Positions 57,096 through 64,000 of a stretch of DNA of 64,000 nucleotides are shown here, piece after piece (the first letter of the stretch is position 1; each line of letters opens with the position of its first letter). Source of the DNA: Limnothrix sp. BL-A-16 (GTDB taxonomy: Bacteria > Cyanobacteriota > Cyanobacteriia > CACIAM-69d). The stretch spans positions 2,240,001-2,304,000 of the forward strand of contig CP166615.1 of assembly GCA_041937175.2 (NCBI GenBank). The letters run 5' to 3'. The translations under genes and the position numbers were made by a program. The notes under the pieces were generated by a model, which saw only the letters and a program-made list of their open reading frames with translations, searched no databases and was not told the DNA's origin.

Positions 57096-58598
57096 ATGAC
57101 GTTTCTGTCACAAGTCTATGGTTGGCTGCTGATTTCAACGGTGGGCCTGTTCTGGCTGCTGCCCTGGCGATCGGGGCGGTGGGCCCTGCTGTTGGTTGCC
57201 AGTCTAATTTTTTATGGCCTGCGGCAGCCCCTCTACGTCCCTCTGCTGTTGGTGGGCACAGCCCTGAACTACAGCTTGGGCTGGATGTTGCGTACCGATC
57301 GGCGATCAATTCGACATTACGTGGGCGGGCCAAACCCGGAAGCCCGCCAGCGACAGCGCAAACGCCTGCTATGGGTGGGAATTAGCCTCAACTTGCTGTT
57401 GTTGTTTGGGTTTAAATATGTGCCCTTTGCCCTCAACTCCCTGGGCTGGGCGTTCCAGAGTCCGCCCCTGCTGGATGCGGCCAATTGGGTCGATCGGATC
57501 GAAGCACCCTTGGGCATCAGCTTCTTTTGCTTTGAATGTATTGCTTATCTTGTGGATGTCTATCGCGGTGCGCCTCCGGCCCGCGATTGGCTGAAATTTT
57601 GTACCTATAAGCTCTTTTTCCCAAAGCTGATTTCCGGGCCGATCGTCCGCTATCACGGCTTAGCCGGCCAACTAGAAGAGTTGGATCACCCGCGCAATCC
57701 CCGGGCTGAGCAAATCACCGAAGGTCTGTGGCTGATTGCCTGCGGTGCCATCAAAAAGGGACTGATTGCCGATTCCTTGGGCCTGTGGGTACGCACGATC
57801 TTCAGCCCCGGAACCCTGGAGCGGGCGGGCAGCGGGGACTTGTGGTTGGCGATCGGGGCCTATGGTTTCCAGCTCTATCTGGACTTCAGCGGCTATGTGG
57901 ACATCGCCCGAGGCAGCGCGATGTTACTGGGGATTCAACTGCCCCACAACTTTGATTTTCCTTATCTCAGCACCAGCATTGCGGACTTTTGGCGACGCTG
58001 GCACATCACCCTTGGCGACTGGCTCCGAAACTATCTCTACATTCCTCTGGGGGGTTCCCGTCAAGGTCTGGTTCGCACCTGCATCAACCTAATGATCGTG
58101 ATGTTATTGGGTGGCCTGTGGCATGGGGACAACTGGGGCTATGTGCTTTGGGGTGGGGCCCATGGGCTGGCTTTAGCGGTGCATCGGTTGGTGGATGCGG
58201 CTTCCCACCGTTTCAGTCCCCTGGCGGCCCTATGGGCCCATCCGGCGGGGGTGGCGCTGGCTTGGGGCCTGACGCAACTGATGGTGTTTTTGAGCTGGGT
58301 GCTGATTCGGTTGCCGGACTGGAGCCAGTCGAGCCTGGTGTTTCAGCACCTTTGGGGGCGATCGAGCGATGTATCTTTCCTGGAAAAGGTTTACGACGAA
58401 GCATTGGGGTTGGATCCTTGGCGGTTGGGAGCGGCCTTGGGGGCGATCGCGCTGCTGATGGTGGTGGCTTGGTTTGGTCAACGGGGCCTGCGGTTGCAGC
58501 TCACACAGCCGGTAAAAATCGCCCTCGTCCCCATCTGCCTTTATCTGGTCTGGATTCTGGGGCCCGAGGGCGTACCGTTTATTTACTTTGACTTCTAG
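57096..58598 (+). CDS. MBOAT family O-acyltransferase (AlgI/DltB-like)
   Basis: PLGISFF, FFPKLISGPI, DFSGY, FWRRWHITL, GLWHG, FIYFDF end. Confidence 0.92.
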   Translation: MTFLSQVYGWLLISTVGLFWLLPWRSGRWALLLVASLIFYGLRQPLYVPLLLVGTALNYSLGWMLRTDRRSIRHYVGGPNPEARQRQRKRLLWVGISLNLLLLFGFKYVPFALNSLGWAFQSPPLLDAANWVDRIEAPLGISFFCFECIAYLVDVYRGAPPARDWLKFCTYKLFFPKLISGPIVRYHGLAGQLEELDHPRNPRAEQITEGLWLIACGAIKKGLIADSLGLWVRTIFSPGTLERAGSGDLWLAIGAYGFQLYLDFSGYVDIARGSAMLLGIQLPHNFDFPYLSTSIADFWRRWHITLGDWLRNYLYIPLGGSRQGLVRTCINLMIVMLLGGLWHGDNWGYVLWGGAHGLALAVHRLVDAASHRFSPLAALWAHPAGVALAWGLTQLMVFLSWVLIRLPDWSQSSLVFQHLWGRSSDVSFLEKVYDEALGLDPWRLGAALGAIALLMVVAWFGQRGLRLQLTQPVKIALVPICLYLVWILGPEGVPFIYFDF

Positions 58599-58675
58599 GC
58601 CTGACTTCTAGTCCTAACTTCTAGGTCTCGTTGGGTCTCGCTAGATTTTGCTAGATCCTTGGGGGCCTCGAGTCA

Positions 58676-59674
58676 CTAGGCCGCGATCGCCAGCCAGAGG
58701 GATTGCACTTGATCAAACAGGGCCACTTGCAGGCTGTGGGTAACCGGCAACCCAGCCAGGACGGCTCCGGCACAGAGCAGCATCAGGTAGCCGATCGAGT
58801 ATTTGAACAGATCCCGGGCTACGGTCCGATCACTCGGTAGGGCCAGCAGTTGCCAGGACTTTTGCACCAAAATGACCCCCAAAATCAGGGCGATCACCCC
58901 GTAGAGCCAGCCGGTTTCGCCCAGGGGCCAAGCCAGCGTCAAGGTCAAAGGAACCAGGGCGATCGAGTAACCCAGAATTTGCTTCGCTGTGGCCTCGTCG
59001 CCACTCACCACCGGCAGCATGGGCACACCCACACTGGCGTAGTCATCGCGAATCATCAAAGCCAGCGCCCAGAAGTGCGGCGGAGTCCAGAGGAAAATAA
59101 TCCAAAACAAGGCCCAGGCGGGCCAATCCAGCGTGCCCGTCACGGCGGCCCAACCCACCAGGGGCGGAATGGCCCCCGCCGCGCCGCCAATCACGATGTT
59201 GTGGGGGCTGTGGCGCTTCAGCCAGTGGGTATAGACCACCACATAGCAGCCAATTCCCGCCATCGCCAACAGAGCCGCCAGCAGATTGGCCATCCAGGTC
59301 AACAGCCCAAAGGACGCAACGCCCAGGACGATCGCGAACAGCAAGGCATCACGGGGGCGAATTTGCCCGGAGGGAATTGGGCGCTTTTGGGTGCGCACCA
59401 TGATCGAATCAATGTCGCGATCGTAAAAACAGTTGATCGCATTAGCGGAACCGGCGGCCAAGGCTCCACCGGCCAAGGTTGCCAAAAACAGCACCGGATC
59501 CACATCACCCCCCCCAGCCAGGGCCATGGCCGCTGCGGTGGAAATCAGCAGCAACACAATGATCCGGGGCTTGGTGAGCTGAACATAGCTCCGAATGATC
59601 AACCCAGCTCGCTGCCAGGGTGACACAGCCGCTTCCTCGGTCATGCTCGACAGGTTTTGCACAATTTCTTGCAT
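58676..59674 (-). CDS. ctaB: Heme o synthase (protoheme IX farnesyltransferase)
   Basis: [30 protein letters not shown]. Confidence 0.95.
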   Translation of the reverse strand: MQEIVQNLSSMTEEAAVSPWQRAGLIIRSYVQLTKPRIIVLLLISTAAAMALAGGGDVDPVLFLATLAGGALAAGSANAINCFYDRDIDSIMVRTQKRPIPSGQIRPRDALLFAIVLGVASFGLLTWMANLLAALLAMAGIGCYVVVYTHWLKRHSPHNIVIGGAAGAIPPLVGWAAVTGTLDWPAWALFWIIFLWTPPHFWALALMIRDDYASVGVPMLPVVSGDEATAKQILGYSIALVPLTLTLAWPLGETGWLYGVIALILGVILVQKSWQLLALPSDRTVARDLFKYSIGYLMLLCAGAVLAGLPVTHSLQVALFDQVQSLWLAIAA

Positions 59675-59741
59675 AGCAGCTATTCCGGCAACATCAACAA
59701 CCAGCGAATTCTGAGGGAGTCCTGAGCGAGTCCTGAGCCGT

Positions 59742-60707
59742 TTAGGCTGTCAGACCATCGGGCGACTCCCGCAACCGATCGCGTCCGGCCCAAACCGTGA
59801 AGGCCACCAGCGAAGCCAACAGGGCCGCCGCAATCGCCTCATGCAACACCGTTAGCCCTGCCACCCGCAATTGAAAGTGATAGGTGCTGTAACCAATGGC
59901 CAATTGCGCCACCAGCAACAGGGCAATCAGGCTCCGTAGGGAACGGAGACGCGGATTCAAAGCCGGGGTGCGCCAAGCCATGATCAGCAAAATGCCAGTG
60001 GTCAAGACGGCGGGCACAATGCCCCAAAAGTGGGTGTGGAGAACGCCACAGAGCTGATCGCCCTCCAAGCATTGGTGTACTGCCCAGCGCGATCCGACAA
60101 TGCCACCGATCAGACTTTGGACATCGATCGCGATCGCCGCCAGCAGGGCCCAACCCGCCAAGCCGGCCGCCGTGCCCGAAGCTTGTTGGGGAGTCAAGCC
60201 CGCCGCGATCGCCACCAACAGGGCCAAGAATGCCAACGCCGTGCCCAAGTGCGCCGTTACCACATCAAACCGCAGCAACTCCGTTACCGTCAGGGCCCCC
60301 AGCCCCGCTTGCAATACCACCAGGGCTAAGGCCGCCACCGTTGCCGGAACCACCCAACCGGGCAGCTCCCGCCGAAACCGGACTGCCGTGCCCGCCAAGC
60401 CCAAAGCCCCAAAGGCCACCACCGCTGCATCCAGCCGGTGGAACCATTCCAAAAACACCTGCCAATTCATCTGGGCCCAGGGAACCGCCTGGCCATAGCA
60501 GAGGGGCCAATCAGGACAGGCAAGCCCCGCATTCGCCACGCGGGTGGCCGAGCCGATCACCATCAGCAACCAGGCCGCCACCGCCAGCCGCTTGGCCAAC
60601 CACCGCACTCGATCGCTTCCCAAAGATGAATTGACCTCGATGATCGCGATCGAGGTCTTCACCGATTCGGAAGAATGCCCCGCCTGATGAAACACGGTTT
60701 CCGCCAT
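59742..60707 (-). CDS. ctaA: Heme A synthase (COX15/CtaA)
   Basis: [15 protein letters not shown], conserved TM histidines; start ATG 60707. Confidence 0.93.
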   Translation of the reverse strand: MAETVFHQAGHSSESVKTSIAIIEVNSSLGSDRVRWLAKRLAVAAWLLMVIGSATRVANAGLACPDWPLCYGQAVPWAQMNWQVFLEWFHRLDAAVVAFGALGLAGTAVRFRRELPGWVVPATVAALALVVLQAGLGALTVTELLRFDVVTAHLGTALAFLALLVAIAAGLTPQQASGTAAGLAGWALLAAIAIDVQSLIGGIVGSRWAVHQCLEGDQLCGVLHTHFWGIVPAVLTTGILLIMAWRTPALNPRLRSLRSLIALLLVAQLAIGYSTYHFQLRVAGLTVLHEAIAAALLASLVAFTVWAGRDRLRESPDGLTA

Positions 60708-61440
60708 AGGAATTCTTAAGAAAATCTTGAGTCTAAAAAGCCGCAATGAGGTGCATCGCCACCATAACTCAGTTCCGAAAATTGCGGAAATGTCATGCCA
60801 AAGATTGCAACACGTTGCAATGTACAACAATTAGTCGATTCGACCTAAAATTCGCTGACAACTAACGGTAAGCTCATCAAGAACTACCCATTTGATCAAA
60901 ATTTGCTCCCAAGAAAGCGTTACATATCAAACGATTTTTGATTTAGTTTGTATTGTAAATAACAGCTTTCCCAGGACTTCTGCCCTTCGTCCTCCTAGGG
61001 CAATTTTCAGCCCAGTTCTCAAATCATCCCCAGATATTGATGTATCAATGGGCGATCGCCCCAAGATTTCAAGATTTTTGGCAGCCGATGAGTTCGTACA
61101 ATCTAGAGCATGTTAATTGTTGATGACAAATCACGGCCAGAATGGCTGAAAATCGCCATCGACAGATTTCAGGAAACCCAAAGATTTCCTAAAGGTTGTT
61201 AACGGCAAAGAGAATCCTAAAGATATTTAAAAATATTGACAAACCAAATCAGCTCCCTAAAAAAACCGTCTACCTTTGAAGGCAGTAACGCAGTGGCAAG
61301 CGCAATGGGCCGCTGCCCCCACTCCTTTCCCCTTCGTTGGCCGCCGCCCTCGATTAGCCGTTGCCCCCCAACGGAGGGGGGCAGACCTGTCCCGATCGCC
61401 TGTTGCCCTTTGCCTTTACAGTCTTGCGTGACGCACCACC

Positions 61441-62442
61441 ATGAATGTTCCTAGTACGATCCTGACCCTGCTGATGGGCATTGGCTTAACGCTAATCAGC
61501 CTTTGGGTTGGGCAAAACTATCATTTCCTGCTGCCGGTGTCGGCTACGGACGTGTCGCCCGAGGTCGATCGCCTGTTTGGGGCCATGTTGACCATTGCCA
61601 CGGGCCTTTTTCTGCTGGTGCAAGGATGTTTGGTCTATGCGATCCTGCGCTTTCGGCGCAAGCCCGGCGATGACACCGACGGCCCGCCCATCCGGGGCAA
61701 CATTCCCCTAGAGATCCTTTGGACTGCGATCCCCGCCGTGATTTGTTTGGGCATCTCGGTCTTTAGCTTTGATGTGTATAACTCCATGGGGGGCTTGGAT
61801 CCGATGGCCAGCGGAGCCGGGATGGGCATGGCCCACCACCACGGCCGCCACACCGCGATCGCCGCCACTTTGGATCAGACCCCGGCGGCGACCGGGACGG
61901 AAGTGGCCCTAGGGTTAGGGGCGGCTCCCGGCTCCCAAGGCCAAGCCCCCGACTTGCAGGTCAATGTGCAGGGGCTGCAATACGCCTGGATTTTTAACTA
62001 CCCTGACTTGAACGTGATAGCTGGGGAACTGCATGTGCCCGTGGGGCAAGATGTGCAGCTCAACATTTCCGCCATGGATGTGTTGCACGCCTTTTGGATT
62101 CCGCAGTTTCGGATTAAGCAGGATGCGATCCCCGGTCGCCCCACGCAATTACGGTTCCGGGCGATTCAGCCGGGCCGCTACCCGATCGTTTGTGCCGAGC
62201 TTTGCGGTTCCTTCCACGGGGCAATGCGCACCGAAGTACTGGTGCAAACACCGGAAGAGTATGAAGCCTGGGTGGCGAGTGTGATGCCCGAGGCGGAAAC
62301 CACGGAAACGGGCCAAGGATCAACGGTGACCCTGGCGCAAAATCCTCAAAATTTGACGGATTCGGAATATTTACAGGTTTACAGCGATCGGCTGGGGATC
62401 GAGACCCGGGCGATCGCTCAATTGGCTCCCGTTGCGCTGTAA
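61441..62442 (+). CDS. ctaC: Cytochrome c oxidase subunit II
   Basis: LEILWT, QYAW, DVLH, CAELCGSFHGAM CuA motif. Confidence 0.96.
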   Translation: MNVPSTILTLLMGIGLTLISLWVGQNYHFLLPVSATDVSPEVDRLFGAMLTIATGLFLLVQGCLVYAILRFRRKPGDDTDGPPIRGNIPLEILWTAIPAVICLGISVFSFDVYNSMGGLDPMASGAGMGMAHHHGRHTAIAATLDQTPAATGTEVALGLGAAPGSQGQAPDLQVNVQGLQYAWIFNYPDLNVIAGELHVPVGQDVQLNISAMDVLHAFWIPQFRIKQDAIPGRPTQLRFRAIQPGRYPIVCAELCGSFHGAMRTEVLVQTPEEYEAWVASVMPEAETTETGQGSTVTLAQNPQNLTDSEYLQVYSDRLGIETRAIAQLAPVAL

Positions 62443-62536
62443 CCAGCGGTCACCCTTGGCCTCAGCATCCGGGCTGGGCTGAATTGACATCCAACTGTTC
62501 GATTTTTGTTGTTTCTTGTTGTCTCTTGTCGTTGCT

Positions 62537-64000
62537 ATGGCCCCAGCAGAACTCAGAACGCCCGGTGCGATCGAACCCGATCCCGAACCCTGGCAACGGT
62601 TTTTTAGCTTCAGCGTCGATCACAAAGTGATCGGCATTCAATACCTCGTCACCAGCTTTTTCTTCTTCTTGATTGGCGGAGCCTTGGCCACCGCCGTGCG
62701 CGTGGAGTTGGCCACTCCGGAAGTGGATTTCGTGAGCCGCGAACTCTACAACCAACTCTTCACCATCCACGCAACGGTGATGATTTTTTTGTGGATTGTG
62801 CCGGCCGGAGCAGGCTTTGGCAACTATCTCATTCCCCTAATGATTGGGGCCAAGGATATGGCCTTTCCTCGGCTCAACGCGATCGCCTTTTGGATGATTC
62901 CGCCGGCCGGGCTGCTGCTGATTGCCAGCTTTTTTGTGCCCACCGGAGCCGCCGCCGCCGGTTGGACTTCCTATCCTCCCCTCAGCCTGGTGAGTGGCCA
63001 GTGGGGGGAATTGATTTGGATTCTCAGCATTTTGCTGTTAGGAACCTCTTCCATTTTGGGCGGGATTAACTTTGCCGCCACCATCCTCAAAATGCGCATC
63101 CCCGGCATGACTTTAAATGACATGCCGCTGTTTTGTTGGGCCATGTTGGCCGCTTCCATTTTGATTTTGATGTCCACCCCGGTGCTGGCTGGCGCATTGG
63201 TGCTGTTGTCCTTCGATTTGATGGCGGGAACGGCCTTTTTTAACCCCACTGGGGGCGGCGACCCGATCGTCTATCAGCACATGTTTTGGTTCTATTCCCA
63301 CCCAGCGGTTTACATCATGATCCTGCCGCTGTTTGGAGCCATTTCCGAAATTTTGCCTGTCCATGCCCGCAAACCGATTTTTGGTTACAAGGCGATCGCC
63401 TATTCCAGCATTGCCATTAGTTTGTTGGGCTTGATTGTTTGGGCACACCACATGTTCACCAGTGGCACACCGGCATGGTTGCGGATGTTTTTCATGATTG
63501 CCACCATGATCATCGCCGTGCCCACCGGAATCAAAGTGTTTGGTTGGGTGGCCACCATTTGGGGTGGCAAATTGCGGCTTAATTCCGCCATGTTGTTTGC
63601 TATTGGGTTTGTGTCGATGTTTGTGGTGGGCGGTCTCAGCGGTGTAATGATCGCCTCCGTACCCTTTGACATGCACGTTCACGACACCTATTTCATCGTT
63701 GCCCACCTGCACTACGTGTTGTTTGGCGGCAGTGTGTTTGGTCTCTATGCGGCGCTTTACCACTGGTTCCCCAAAATGACCGGGCGAATGTTGAATGAAC
63801 CCTGGGGAAAAGTACATTTTGTTTTGACCCTGGTGGGTTTCAATCTTTGCTTTTTGCCCATGCATTACTTGGGCTTGATGGGAATGCCCCGACGGGTGGC
63901 GGAATATGATCCCCAATTTTCAACGGTGAATGCAATTTGCAGCATCGGTTCCTATATTTTGGCTGTGTCTACCATTCCGTTCCTGGTGAATGCGATTTAT
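62537..64000 (+). CDS. ctaD: Cytochrome c oxidase subunit I (runs off the window end)
   Basis: Translated by hand from ATG 62537: DHKVIGIQY, DMAFPRLN, WFYSHPAVY, VWAHHMF, VAHLHYV; absent from the ORF track because there is no stop codon in the window. Confidence 0.96.
   Translation, partial: MAPAELRTPGAIEPDPEPWQRFFSFSVDHKVIGIQYLVTSFFFFLIGGALATAVRVELATPEVDFVSRELYNQLFTIHATVMIFLWIVPAGAGFGNYLIPLMIGAKDMAFPRLNAIAFWMIPPAGLLLIASFFVPTGAAAAGWTSYPPLSLVSGQWGELIWILSILLLGTSSILGGINFAATILKMRIPGMTLNDMPLFCWAMLAASILILMSTPVLAGALVLLSFDLMAGTAFFNPTGGGDPIVYQHMFWFYSHPAVYIMILPLFGAISEILPVHARKPIFGYKAIAYSSIAISLLGLIVWAHHMFTSGTPAWLRMFFMIATMIIAVPTGIKVFGWVATIWGGKLRLNSAMLFAIGFVSMFVVGGLSGVMIASVPFDMHVHDTYFIVAHLHYVLFGGSVFGLYAALYHWFPKMTGRMLNEPWGKVHFVLTLVGFNLCFLPMHYLGLMGMPRRVAEYDPQFSTVNAICSIGSYILAVSTIPFLVNAIY

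Overview
Mostly core chromosome of a cyanobacterium. The evidence is the very frequent HIP1 octamer GCGATCGC, the ndhA-ndhI-ndhG-ndhE operon, raf1, the ctaA/ctaB and ctaC-ctaD cluster, a PatA-type regulator and Uma2 nucleases. The window holds about 43 protein-coding genes, including sdhA, an FHA-PBP1A fusion, a SNF2 helicase, ffh, rluD, nurA, a Ni/Co ECF transporter, gltX, uvrA, an amidase and an MBOAT. It also has two tRNAs, Ser(CGA) and Thr(CGT), and one clearly AT-rich, probably imported MmeI-like type IIL restriction-modification gene. I saw no CRISPR array, integrase, transposase or rRNA. The most unusual signal is non-coding. A 20-bp palindrome, CAAGGGGCTTAAGCCCCTTG, occurs about 11 times, always between genes. 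It occurs free, inside tandem duplications of gene 3' ends in the ndh operon, and as a shared ~33-bp core inside two different miniature TIR elements with different termini and target duplications. A third TIR element carries a different palindromic core. Other points of interest are an orphan APC-permease/histidine-kinase fusion behind a 1.2-kb AT-rich region, an unannotated small membrane ORF split by a single in-frame TGA, a candidate InrS/CsoR-type operator, and a hairpin-rich segment between two terminators. All protein calls come from motif recognition by eye; no searches were run.
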